This document shows, piece by piece, positions 10,860 to 24,086 of a DNA stretch of 64,000 nt (position 1 is its first letter; each line of letters starts with the position of its first letter). The notes under the pieces are model-generated. The model saw nothing but the letters and a program-made list of their open reading frames with translations, had not been told where the DNA came from and searched no databases. Both the position numbers and the translations under genes were made by a program. The stretch is from Fimbriosthenelais zetlandica (lineage: Eukaryota): positions 19,406,001 to 19,470,000 of the forward strand of contig OZ365112.1 of the NCBI GenBank assembly GCA_977030845.1, written 5' to 3'.

Positions 10860-13800
10860 AGTGAGAGATGCCTGTCTAGGGTTTAATGCCAGCGGTAGAC
10901 GACAGGCGATGGAATAATGAGGATTTTCCTCTTTCCTTCATTTAATATGGTTAAAATCACGATGAATGATTAAAGATTGGAGAGTAAGTGTTCTTTCTTC
11001 ATTATTGTGCAGTTTATAGTTGATATCCTATGATAACACTGGAGAAGGGGGTGGTGATTCCGTATATAATAGACACTAGTGTATGAGCAGAGGAATGAGA
11101 TAGAGGATGGTGCTAGCGGTCATAAAGGGGAAAAGGGGGAAGATGGGAGCACACTGCACCCTCCCCTATGGCATTGCTTGAGGGTGAGAAAGAGATAGTA
11201 CAAGTAGGGCTTGCTCACTGCTTGGCACACATCCAAACAAGTTGAATGGGGTCACCAGCAATGACTCACTTCCAATGACACACTAAAATAATGGAATACC
11301 TCCTCCCCTTGAATGCTCCTGCAGCTATGCCTATGAAGCCACCTTGTACCTTGGAATGTTGCGCTCCTCAAGATGGAAAACAGTTGGTTATTCAATGGAA
11401 AGGCAGGAAAATGACGTGCAAACCAACCACCATCCGCAGGCAATAGTAGTAGTACTAGTAAGAGTCGATCTTGCCAGCAACAGCACAGACTCCTCCTCCT
11501 CCTTCGATCACGAATAATATTCCCCCAGACTTGTTTTCACCCTATGGCTCAAGTCCCATAGAAATGCATATCAGGTATAGGATAGATTAACATGAGGAGA
11601 TCCACTGTTCCTTTAGGTATGAATATCCACGATTAGAATCATATTGCAAAGGTATCCAGGCTGTGGCAGTGAGGAGAGGGACGGGGAGAAACATCGGACG
11701 CTTGTCCTGCGTCCAAAACATGGCCTATTCCACCACCATCCTCCCTCCTGCTGCTGCAGCTCCCTCGTGTGCTTTAATATCAGGCCCTGAATAACTGGTC
11801 AGCGTTGCATAATGATGCGCCCAGGTCAGGAAAACTGGTTGAAGCATGAAGAAGGGAGACTGAAGCTCATTCTCCTCCTTTGTGCTGGAAATCTGGACGA
11901 TGGATGCTGTGATTAAGGATGAGCAGCTGCAAGGCCCGTCTTGTCCGTCCGTATCTGCACGGACCCAAATAGGCCTACTCGCCGATTGTGGGTCACCACG
12001 CTAAGCGGTGAGCGCAAGCATCAGGGGAAGAAGAGGAGAGGGAGAGAGAGGCTTGTAACTGCTTGCAGCAGCAGCTGCTGCAGCATCCTCCATGTTACTG
12101 CTCCTCACACTGATGCCAGCGCCACTAGACGCTACACCAACCACCATGGACGCCATGCCAGTCTTCCTACCACCTCCCATATACTCTACATTTATACCAC
12201 AACACTTACAATATCTACCACCCTACCTACATACAAAGGGTCCACTGACCACCTGCTGGCTGACCAAGCCTTAAAGCTGTGTTGTTTCTGTGTTTTAAGC
12301 CTTACAATGAGACCCAAGGCCTATTAAAGCTGCAGTCTCTAGTACAAAGAGGAGAACAAAGCATGCGACGCGCGCACCCTGCCACAACAGCAACACACAC
12401 CCAGGCACTTGAACCCTAAAACCACTCTTGCATGGACATAAAAGAAATCCCCTGAAATCTGTCCTATAATCATACTCACACTACATATACATGTATATTT
12501 AATTATATAATTTCCTACTAAGAAATTATCATGTTTCATTATAATTTTCGGATTTCGCATTGTCAACCAGAAATTTGTTTAGAATGCAAAAGTTTATGGT
12601 TGAATAAAAAAAGATTATCGATGTTAGGAATATTGAGAGCTAGCAGTCAGCTTTGAGCACTAAATACATGTGAATAATTTCCATCATTCATCAATGTCAA
12701 ACCCATTTATCCTACACAGATTAAACCTGATGTACAGATTCCTGTACAGACCAGGGATATCATAGTGGGATGGCGATATGATTAATGCTAATACCGTATT
12801 GTTGGACCAGAACTCCCAGATCAAATTACAGTGATATAAAGCCAGATGATAAATTCATATATTGTACATTTGACTATCAAGAACATAGGAGAATGGATTT
12901 CAAATTATTCTCGTTATCCCTGCACATAGACCTACTTATAATAGACGGTAAATCGCGGTAATACGGTATCTAAAGATTAGATCCTCCCGAGTAGGGGGCT
13001 GCTATCAGCCGTCTGTCTAGGGTTCTACATCGAGTTTTTAACTTGCCCTACTTCTATAAATTATTTTTATCTCAGCTCCTACATTTCATTCGACGAGTCA
13101 AAATACATAGATATACAGATTGAAACCATCTTTACCCAACTCCAGCATGAATTTGATATTCAAAACTCAGTGTAAAGGAACATTCACCTATCCGATTCCC
13201 ACCTGCAACAATGGGGGGAAAGGCCCCAGAAATAGCTCAGAAATCACTGAAATAGGCCAGACTAAGCCCAAAGGTACTATAGATAACCAGCTATAACCGG
13301 CTTGGCAATGACTTTCTTACGGTTAATAAAATCCTCTAAGTACACAGTAAATGTTTACACCCGGAAATCTGATGGTTGTTAGGAGTGGTGGAGGATTATC
13401 TCCTGGCCAGTTTCAGTGTCTACCCCATCCTCCTACCCACTCAGGAGAATAAGTGTTGATATAAGAGTTAGTGAATGGTAGAGGGGCACTCACCATTTCC
13501 ATGCCAAGTTCCCAATAATTATGAAAAATAACTAATATATGCCGAGAGGAACAAATAATAGTATTTTTAAATATTGGACTTTCCAGTGGATTTATACCAC
13601 TGGATTCATACAACATTTTCAATGGAGGTTCTCAAATATCGAGAGAACATGATAAGAGAGTTGAGTGTAGTTCACCCTGCCCATTCCTTAGTGTTACTGG
13701 GAGGAGTACTTAGGGGTGCTGTTTGGTATCTAGGGATGCCGTCTCGTGGAGGGAGGGAGTGTTGTGGATGGGTACTGCTTCCATCACATCCCACCCTGTC

Positions 13801-15419
13801 GGCCAGCTGCTACATCTGCTGTGGTTGCAGCAGCTGGCAGACAGGAAGGGTCTGGTCAGTACTAAGTTCCTCTCACGAACGTGAGGAAAGACAAAAAAGA
13901 TTCCCCGAACACTTCCATGACTTTAAAAGATCTAACAACCATTTACACTGCCAAATTACAGCTGGTATATGTTCTATGACGATATTCTCCAGTTTTTGAC
14001 CAATAAAACCTGCCTTCTGAGAGTCAGTGCATATTAAATTGACCACATGTGTCACTCACCAAGACCACCAGGCTTGTCTTAATCAACTCGTGAAGGTAAA
14101 TATAATTCAAAACAGCTGGAGCTGATAAATTCTTCCTGCACCTGAAGCTTCATTACTTGGGGGATGGAGGAGTGGGACCGGGGGCGGGGGGTGGGTAGAG
14201 TGGGGGCATGAGGACGGTGAAGGTATAATGTATACCAGCACTATTAGGCCTACTCTTATCTTATCTTACACCTTATCTAACCATACAAGCTTAGGGAATA
14301 TGAGCTTATAGGCTGATTTCCAATTATAGCGTCAGCGTAATAAGGTCATTTCAATTATCATTTAAACATAAAATGGTATAATCGAGAAATATTAACCAAT
14401 ATAATCCTGACATAAGATCAAAACCAAGGGAGACAGTATACCTTCACAATGGATCAGTCATTGGGCACAAGCAAGATCAGTTTACAAAGACGCTAGGTGA
14501 ATGGATTAAATGATGTATTTGGCGACGTATATTATTCTCTGTGTTAACATGCCGGAGGCTTGATATCTGGCAGTAGCTGTGAAAGATGAAACCTCTTCAA
14601 TCACAGTTCCTATAGGTCAACTGATTCATTTATTATGATGAATGATGAGCTACCCTACAAACATTCAGAACGGTATTTCGTCCAACCAACAGCTCTAGAT
14701 TTTGGGTCTCAACATCATTTTTATCTGCATACAATTTGGTCCACATCAGCAATATAACGTTTCACATATTGAACCTATTGAATATGCCAAGCTACACTGA
14801 ATTAGAGGACACATTCCGGACCGATGCTTATTTTCCCACCCCAAGCATGCCACCAATATCGACCCAAAAGTACCCTCTGTGTTCAATAACCTGGAGAGAA
14901 ACCCTACCCCACAAGGATGGGGTCAGATTTTCCCCAGAGTGCATAAGAGAGGAACCATATGCCAACTCGGGATAAGTGGTTATAAACACATGACATAGCT
15001 GTATGTCTATGTACCAAATTAAAGATGGGCTAATATAGAGACCATATGACAGGTTTGCTGTTAGTTATACTGCTATTATATATAGGCAGGGCGGGATCCA
15101 GAAGGAAGTGTCCAATATATGCACATGCTTGACCAGGGATATGGAGCCTACTTTCTGACCCCCTGCGAGGAGCCTCCCCTACTGCTAAGGCGGACTACAT
15201 GAGCTCCCAAGAAACACACGTGAAATATACTCAAGGGTTTGGAATCCATAAAACCAGGGTCCGTCACACACTACACATAGCCCTATTATACCTTTGTCCA
15301 TAATCCTGCAAATATGAAAATTTGCATCACCTCCCAAACAGTCAAGTAATTCACTGAACAGGAACTCAGGAACTTGGATACTTTTACTTCCAATGGAGAA
15401 ACATAAGATAATTCACACC

Positions 15420-15600
15420 TACAGCTATTTCCCTCCCTTCTCCGTACCATACCCTTCTCACTAATTTGTCCCATTCTCAGCTATCTCCCTCCTTTGTCTT
15501 GTTGGCCACACCCTCTTCTCTAATTCGCCCCTTTCTACAGCTATCGCCTTCCTATCTCCCACGCGCTCCTCTTTCTACGGCTATCTCTCTCCTTTCTCCC
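15420..15600. repeat. degenerate pyrimidine-rich minisatellite
   Basis: Four degenerate copies of a cagctatctccctcctt-like unit at about 15422, 15478, 15537 and 15577. Confidence 0.4.
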
Positions 15601-17061
15601 ACCATCAGTCACTTAAACATAGGCCTAGAGGAATAGGGACATTTTGTGTGACAAGATAATGTTTGTGCATGTGCATATGTCACTAATACCCCTCTCTTTA
15701 ACTTAGTAATAAAATGCCCACATAAATGGCGAAATTCTCCAAATTCTCTTTAACAGTACTCACACAAATCTGGTAACTAGTGTAAACAGCCCTCCAATGG
15801 GCTCATTGAGAATGTTACCCACCGGTAGTAATAACAGTTGATTTTTTAGGACATAATTCAATGATAGTTGATGGTATAGAAGCCTGGAGGCCTGCAGGAG
15901 GTTTAAATGACTATCAACTGTTTACACATTGCCAGGCATGGAGGGGGTAACATTTTCCAGGCCAGCTCAGCTGTCTGGGTCAAGTGGCATAGATGTGATG
16001 TGACCAAGATTTCATGCTCACAGACGGACCCCAGTCCAAACCCCACTACCTCATCCTCTCCCTCCCGCCCACCTGTCCCCTCTGCTACTGGGGCAAGTCT
16101 ATTCTATCACCCTACTATCTAACGAGCAATGATTCCACAAATGGAAAATAACACATTTTTGCTCCAAAAATAAATGGTTTTTAATAAGCCTGGGTTTTCA
16201 AGGAAAATAATTTATATGGTCTGAGTCACTCATAACTATAGGGAAAGGCTCTAAACTTTATCAATGGTTTAACATTGTGTGTAACTTCTTGTAAGCTAGG
16301 ATTCTGGGTCAGAACAGTGACAGTGACAAGAATTTCCCAACATGGTCCCTTCCCACGAGAAAATGGTCTTTGTGCTGGCAAGTGGTTTCACTGGTACATT
16401 TTTAACCCTTGACATCATACAATACAACCATTAAGTGTTTTATATACATCCACCCTTATACCTTTAATTCTTTTATAGGGAATGAGTCAGACTTACTGTG
16501 GATTGTTACTAAATCCATGATATAAACTATTCTACATTTATAGGAGAGAAAACAGAAATAAATAAAAAAGAACTTAGTATACCAGGATTGTACAATTCTG
16601 ATTTAATCCAATAAAATATATTAAACCATCATCATACATGGTATATTACTGTAATCATTGTAGAATACTAAGTCCGTATGACATTCATTGCTTACAATAT
16701 TTAAGAAGAGGGAAGCTTCACTCTCTTACGATAGGAATGAAATAAGTGTTAAACACAAACATGTATCATGAACACTTTAGGTGTCCTAACTGTACTAATA
16801 GCAGTTGCCTTTCAGAGATAATGTGCATACAAAATATTCGACAAAATATAACAATACACCAAAGTACCTACCATTCTTAATATTTCTTCTACTCAAAGTT
16901 GCACATGATTTATGTAAATTACCAAACTTCATCTTTTAAAAATAGTTGATTTTATCAACAAGGGACACTTCCATAAAAACATGCAGTAGTACAGTAGCCA
17001 ACAATAAGTCGATGAGCTAATGTAATGCAGATTCCCTATGAAATATGGCATGCTGAATATT

Positions 17062-20000
17062 TTACCCCCGTGGGGGCATGCCCCCTTTATTACCTCCCAT
17101 TCTCCCTCTACCACCATAACCCCCTCTGGACGGGCCCCCTCTCCCTGACCATCCTGATTTAGGTGGACCACCCCGCGGAGCACCTCGGCGGTTCATAGGT
17201 CCACCTCGGCCTCCACCTCGGGCTCCACGTCCTCGGCCTCGGCCTCCTGCCTGGCCAGTCTTAGACAAAGGTGGTGACTTAGGTCTCAGTCTCTCTATCT
17301 CATCAGTACAACCAGTAAGGTGGCCTATTGGCTCCTTGTTAAAGTAACCATTGAAAGTCTCAGAGTCAAAGTTACTACTCGTTAAGTCCGGACTCACTGT
17401 CAGCCAGCCTGGACGGATAGTACTGTCACGACCAAAGAGATGCAGGCGGCGACGGCCCAGACAAAAATGTTCAATCATGTGGAATATTTCTACAGGTTTC
17501 TCAGGACTGCCGTAAGGTTTCTCCTCATCAATGATGAGATCTATATCCACGTTGGCGTGAATAAAATCCCCGTCTGTACTTCTCTTTACTGTCCCTTTTA
17601 TGCCCATCAAACAGTGCTCCTGAAAAAATGGGCAAAAATCTATACTAAAAATACTTTGAGGGGCGTTTTCTACTTTAACTTTTAAACTAAATAGTAATCT
17701 AATGCTAGTCCTAAGTCACCTACGTATTTATCAAGGTAAATTTCACACGTACCTTAGTTCTTTGAAACACTGCCTTTGGCTCGAGATTCTTGTTGTGACC
17801 AGGGTTCTTGATGTTAGTTTTGATCCAACAGATGTCCTCGCACCGACGAAACCCCCATTTCTTGAGACACTAAAATGAAGAAAGAAAGAATCACGGATTA
17901 CTGAAACAGCATTTTAATAAATTCGATGGCACAAATGGCTAACTTTCATACATAAGGGCAAAAAAGGAGCGCATCCATATCATAATGGTAAAGTCCTAAA
18001 CCGGAAGCGGTTACGATGGCATACTTTTCATCTTAATGTTTAAATTCCTAAAGCGATGTGAATTATAAAGATATATAGAGAATGGACCTACCCGACGAGC
18101 GGCGTCCAGGCCATCACTAGAGCCGCACCAGATCCAGAGGAAGGAACGCTGAGCTGATATCTTCTCTATCTCAAGTGCCTCCACCTGTTGGCAAGTAAAA
18201 GAAACACTGATTTTAATACAAGCACATCATAGCAGACCTCGCCGCCTAAAAATAAGGCAATCTGAACTTCCACTGTGTTTAAATGATTATTAGGTCTGGC
18301 CTATCTAATGATTTATGACATATTGTTCCTCACCATGTCCCAGCTCCAGTATTTGTCACGGCTAATCCCCAGCGTCCGCTGATACTCCTCAAGCGGGGGT
18401 TCTATTAATATGGAGTCGAACTTACAATCCAGATCTCGTATGTCATACGTCTCTAGATCGCATTTAAGATACCTGCAATACAAGCAGTGGATTTGAAGAA
18501 TACAGAATACATGTATGTATAGGAAATATAGACTTACGTCCAACATACTGTTAGTTTCATGCTCTGCCTCATCTCTAAATCCTACCGGTACTTACATTGG
18601 TGGTGTATTTGTAGTTGAGATGAGCTCATCCTTCAAACGAATGAGTTCCCGAAGTTTGGGGTATTCCTCGAAGCGATTGGCCAGTCCTGTAGTAGAAGAG
18701 TACCACAGATGTTATATTATCCATAAGGATGAAATTATTAAAAGACAAAAAATTCTATAATGGAAAAAATAACAACTATATTCCAAAATTGTATAAATCT
18801 CTCTATTGAATAAATAATAAATAAGACAATGTAGTTAGGGTTGTGTGGCAGGGTTCAAGTCTGGTCTGGCTTTTACTAGCTGTGAATGACTGCTGATGCA
18901 CTAGGTTACTGTCAGCAGTAGAAGTGGGTGGGGTGTTGAAGGACTGTTACTGAACGTGTCATACCTTTTTCGGGGCCGACTTTACTGCCAGTTTGATTTA
19001 TTTTACGATCACATAAAAAAATGCTATAGGGTAATGAACATACCGACATCATGGATGAAGTTCTGGGGCCTCTCTCCAGTGTCGACGAAATGTTGACAGT
19101 AATCATTGTGAGGGTTCTCACTCTGTGTGCCCTAGATATCAAGTGAAAAGAACAGTTTGTATCACAAGATTCGGAATCGTTATTCAATATATCGATATGT
19201 TCATTCTGTAGATTACATCATCTTCAATTTCACAATGTCGATTAAAGTACGCGGGTAGGTTAGTTTACCTTTAGAAATGCACTAGAATCAGTATAGATTT
19301 CTTCCAGTTCTTCATCATCCTCTCCGACTCCATATTCTTCGATTGTCTGAAATGGCGAAATTGATTTCTGGACATTAATATTTTGTTGGTAATAGTCCCA
19401 TAAAACAATAAAGACAACTCTATAAAGTATATTACAACTGAATGAAGAATCCTGTAATGTTACTTATCAGAATGTACTTACCGGCGCCACCCATTCAGCT
19501 CCAGTACTGGTGTCCACTGCCTCGACATCCTCATCCTTGTCTCTCTTCTTTGGACTTGATGGTCCTCCCACATTCCTGATGACCAACAAATATCTTTAGT
19601 ATGTATAGGCTACTAAAACAATTATATTATCAAGATCATGGCAAAAAGAAAGGACCTGTATTACTATACTATATTATAAACTCAACAGACAGAATTTTCA
19701 GGTCTCATGAAAACGAAAAGACTCACGAAGTTTTGTTGATGACATTTTCTGTCTCCTGTTGCTCCTCCTTACTATTCAGGACCTGCCGCAGATTGTCTGG
19801 GCTTTTGAGACCGAGCTGTAAGGGTAGATCATAGCAATGTTCACTGTATGTACAGGTGACAATATTTTAATAATAATTAATATTATTCGGAAATGTATTT
19901 TGAACTTAAATGATATGGCATTTTATTTAGGTCTACCGGTACCGTATAAAAATAGCAATATTTCTTGGATTATACAAGTCAGGGAATACTAGCGCCGGGC

Positions 20001-20311
20001 CTAAATTCTAGCTGTCTATGCAAAGTTCTACTGGGGGGGCCTTTGACAAAGAGCAGGGGGACCTGTCATGGGTGGCACCCGGCGGCGCTGCAGCCGAGAC
20101 CGGCGGGAGGCAGACCGCGCGGCATCCCGAACTATTCAGCACCGTCATGAAGGAAGGAAGACAAAACCAGCCAGACTTATGGACTCACCGTTTGTGCAAG
20201 AAGCTTTCGACGCTGTTGGGATTTTTCTTTCAGGGCTTTTAGCCTTTCTGAGCCCCCAGTTGTAGGTGGTGTACTTGTTGAAGGCACATCTTTAGCCGAC
20301 GAGTCCGCCAT
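17062..20311 (-). CDS. METTL14: m6A methyltransferase non-catalytic subunit METTL14, 10 exons, 489 aa
   Basis: Exons 20311-20189, 19815-19727, 19575-19482, 19346-19269, 19131-19044, 18686-18596, 18472-18334, 18184-18092, 17869-17753 and 17619-17062 are all GT-AG and total 1470 nt in frame. Motifs: [86 protein letters not shown] and a C-terminal RGG tail. Confidence 0.98.
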
Positions 20312-20557
20312 GTTTCTTATCGGTGTATGAGAAATGTTCGGAGACATTATTTATAGTGATTTAACCAAAAACACTAGCATTCTAAGTTACCTTTCCAAAT
20401 ACTGCGGATTTAAAATGTAATTAAGTATTTTAGATTCAAATCCAATAATTCTTTCCACTAAATACTTCGAATTTTTAACAAATTTGACGTATTGGCGTAC
20501 ATTTCGCTTGACACCGACAACTCGCATGGCCGCTGTGGTTGGAAAGAAGAGCAGACC
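20312..20557. promoter_or_regulatory. putative bidirectional promoter of METTL14 and CHCHD1
   Basis: Only 246 bp separate the two divergent ATGs (20311 on minus, 20558 on plus). Confidence 0.7.
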
Positions 20558-21374
20558 ATGACCCGACTTACTGAATTTCTGCTGAGCAAAAGGCCTTTGA
20601 GGAAATTTGCCAATTATAGACATATCCCAGTTTACAGGGAGCTATTACCGGCCAAGTTAAGGGACACTGTATCGTCTAAAGGTGAACGAGGAAAAAGTGA
20701 GTTGCAATTTTTTGCCAGCCCAGGCATGCCAAGGCCCAAGCCAGGCATTGCCATTGGCAATGGCATTCACCCCTGGCCCTGTCAGACTCAACTTCTCAAG
20801 AGTCTGTTGCAAAGAATATAGAAAAAAAGTAATTAAGTCCATAGTCAGGATATTCATAGACAGTCTTCCCCTCACGTTACCCCCCTCCCCCCTCCCCCAC
20901 GACTCAGCCTCAGTATTAGTCGTAGGGCATTGACATTGTCAAATTGAATGAGTGATGTTCTCAAACCACTTTTTCAGTTGCTCCATGCCTTCAAGAAATC
21001 TCTTTGATGTTGACATGTTTGAAAGAGCACGAGTTTAGCGAAATGTTGTGCTCGAAGGAAGTTCAAGCGTTCAACAAATGCAATGAAGAATTCAAGGTAA
21101 TTTTGTATTTATATAACTGTTATCAGTAGCTGCCCTGTTAGACTTGTCATTGACATGTAACATTTTGTGATAAGATACCGGTAACACCCCGTCTAAAAAT
21201 CTTCGTCTGATCAAAATCAAAAATGAAAAAAAAAGTTTTATTCTCTTCTTGCAGGCTGCCAAAACGAAACAAAAGGAAAGGGATGATCTTGGGGTCATGT
21301 CGACTGGAAAAGGAGGACGCATGAACTCGAAACAATTAAATAATTTGTTAAAACAATACCCTCAGCCTAAATGA
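20558..21374 (+). CDS. CHCHD1: CHCH-domain protein 1 (mitoribosomal mS37-like), 3 exons, 125 aa
   Basis: Exons 20558-20696, 20978-21096 and 21255-21374 join in frame through GT-AG sites. Basic N-terminus (LRDTVSSKGERGK), twin CX9C motif (CLQEISLMLTC / CSKEVQAFNKC) and C-terminal KQLNNLLKQYP resemble CHCHD1. Confidence 0.88.
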
Positions 21375-21447
21375 TTTGTAATTAATGGATAAATATCGTT
21401 GTTTATGGTTTATATACCGTACATCTTTTTCTTACCTAAATTATGTT

Positions 21448-21453
21448 AATAAA
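21448..21453 (+). terminator. candidate polyadenylation signal of CHCHD1
   Basis: AATAAA about 74 nt after the stop codon. Confidence 0.5.
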
Positions 21454-23510
21454 ACAGACTAAGGCCTATTACATATTTGTGTGTTAAGAGTTTATTTCTG
21501 TAGGCCTACATTATGGGTCGTATGACATGAATTTAATTATTTAGGCTATGGATAGACATGACTTTAATAATTTATGTACACATGTTCTTTAGACTTGGGA
21601 CGCCTTTTAAGCAATTCATGAACCAAGAGGAGGTTCTCTTGGGAGGATGGCCTAAAATTCGTATCTAGGAGATGGAAAGAATGAAATCTTTAGTTCCAAG
21701 ATTTCTCACAACGCGACACCACCATGGTGCTCCGTGTGACCTCTCCTTCCAGCTAAGCTCCTTGTTCAGGAAATAGGCGTACCCTTGTAAATCCCGGTAT
21801 GCAAGGAGACATATTTACCTATCGCTTGAATCAAAAGTCAAAAAGTAATTGATCATCACTAGCGCTATATCAATATTCCAATGCATGTACAATCAAACTC
21901 ACTGGGATAATTGAGCATCAGAATGTAGTATGAATAGGCCTATGCATTAATGCATGTACCCGTTTGAAAACTCCTTGGGGGAATTAAATAAGCTAAAAAC
22001 GGGAAAGAAAGGACAAGAAAAGGGGAAAATGGCTGAAACTCCTCGTGAAAAAGGGTTTGGATCCGGCCCTGGTGATGAATTAAGGGTGAGCACTTACGTT
22101 TGATAAAGGCCATGTTTGATTATTAAAAAGACTTCAACGGATCCATAGGGAGGGGGAAATATATATTACCGATGAAACAATGGGTATTATGGAATGATAC
22201 AATTTGCTCAAGGATTGTGATATATCATTTAAGTTTAGGGAAACTCCCATGGGCGGTGTCACTATTGTTTGACTTCCAGCGAATATCACCATGTAGGCCT
22301 ACGTACTTATGTAGTCTTTAGACGTCATAAGGCACTTATATGGCGCCGAGGGGTTTCCAGACATTTGTATAGTTAAGGAAAACGCCTCAAATGATTACCA
22401 TTTACGAGGCTAAGTACCACAGCAATAATATATTTAAATACAGAGAAGAAGGATGCATTTCCACCTAAGTCAATCCTCCACTGCTGCGACACACTCTGTG
22501 ATACGCAGTGTGTTGCATTGCATTATGTAGCAATAAGTTTGTGATAGAAGGTGCCAGAGCCCTAAAGGCTGGCCTCCACTCATGCATTTGTCCGTGTGAG
22601 TTATCCGTGAGTTAAAACTTTTGTCGCAAAGAAAATCGTATCAGTGGAGGACGGCTCTGACCGTTTTAAAGAAATTTATAAGTGTACACTAGTAATCCCA
22701 CATTATCAAATCATTTCTTCTGTAAAGTAAGATTATAGCAGCTATGTTCATGAATATCATGCAAAGGGTCTGTGGCCTGAACTTTCCCAGTATTTTTTGT
22801 CGAGTTTCTTTTCTTTGGGCAACAAGAATTATGAGGTCTATGACATTTCAGTGGGTCCTTTTTTGATTACTGGAGAAGAGCTTATAGCTTGACTCGGCGA
22901 TTGAGACGTAGAGTCGCGTCATAAACGATTAGGTGGTTGCAACGACAAAAGTCTGGCGTCCGTAATCACGGCGTCATCTTTGCTCTGCCTCGAGCATTAG
23001 ATGGGTGAAGTGGTGACCTTTTATCGCTACCATCGCTAAATGCGGAATCCGCCCTACCAAGATAAAGTGTTCACTGTCCACAAACTAGAGGGCCAGATGG
23101 GCGTGAGCGGGGATTTTGTCTACATTTTCCTTCACAATATTTTATTAACACAGTGTCTCATCTATGGTTTGGGGATAAAAAATGTTGATAAAGGTCCTAT
23201 AAAGCCAATACAATTTTTGCTGTTGCTTATCTTTCAAGGGCGTATAGTTATACCAAGGCCCTCGTTCCGGAATGAAGGTCCCGAGGCTTTTAGTATCTAT
23301 GAGATAACCTCGGTAGTTGTATTTGCATGAAATTCTTATCAGGTTCTCAGGGAAGTCTAGCGTCCCGTGACCTATTCCCCTACCACCACTTTATTAGACA
23401 ATCACCATCTTGTTAGCCAAGTTAAGAAAATGCTTTAAAGGTGATCATGAGGATCAGGGGTTTAGGGAGGTGGGACTGTGATGATGGTGCTTGGACATGA
23501 TGACTCAAAA

Positions 23511-24086
23511 CTATTTCAATTCAGAGAGCCATTTAATACATTCGTCAAAAGTGCTCACAACCTTCTCATGCCAGACAATGGTTTGGCGGGGAAACAACGT
23601 TTTAGCCTGTAAAGAATTCGAAAAAATAGAAACTTTTTCCGATACTTCAGATTCTCTAAAAGGAACTTCGTTGCTGGGGGTCGAATATCACGTGCATTGA
23701 TTTTATACCTCCTGGGACCGAATCCTTTTGAGACCAAAGCAGATGACTACATCGACATTGTGTTCATAACAACCATTGCAAGGGGATCTTCCAATTGTTT
23801 AGATTAAGTTTCAAAACCAGTAAGAGTGAATGTATAGAAAGTAAGCGATGTTGAAACTAGTCGTTTTGCTTTGAACAGTGTCTCCTCCGCCAACAAGAGG
23901 AACTGGGTGAAACTCGATACAGGCGTTGAATAGGTATCCCCAACGTTCTAGCTGTAAGTTTTGATTTAACCCGGCGTCAGAGAGCAATCGAGTTGGATGA
24001 GTGTTGGATAAACAGGTGCGCCCAATGTGAGATGGGAGGCATGGGAAAACCAGAGTGGGATACTTACCGTTGCTGCGGGTGTCGCC
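23511..24086 (-). CDS. candidate 3' exons of an unidentified spliced gene
   Basis: Exons 23787-23709 and 23606-23511 are joined by a 102-nt GT-AG intron with a strong pyrimidine tract. They read SPCNGCYEHNVDVVICFGLKRIRSQE/AKTLFPRQTIVWHEKVVSTFDECIKWLSELK*. AATAAA lies on minus at 23390-23395. A 19-nt micro-exon (24086-24068, ggcag/gtaagt) is phase compatible. No family was recognised. Confidence 0.3.

Noticed and set aside
15085-22075. Short cagggc(c/g)ggatcc-type motifs at about 15085 and 22057 (similar at 36860)
   Set aside because: They may be ends of a common interspersed repeat, but the matches are too short to define an element.
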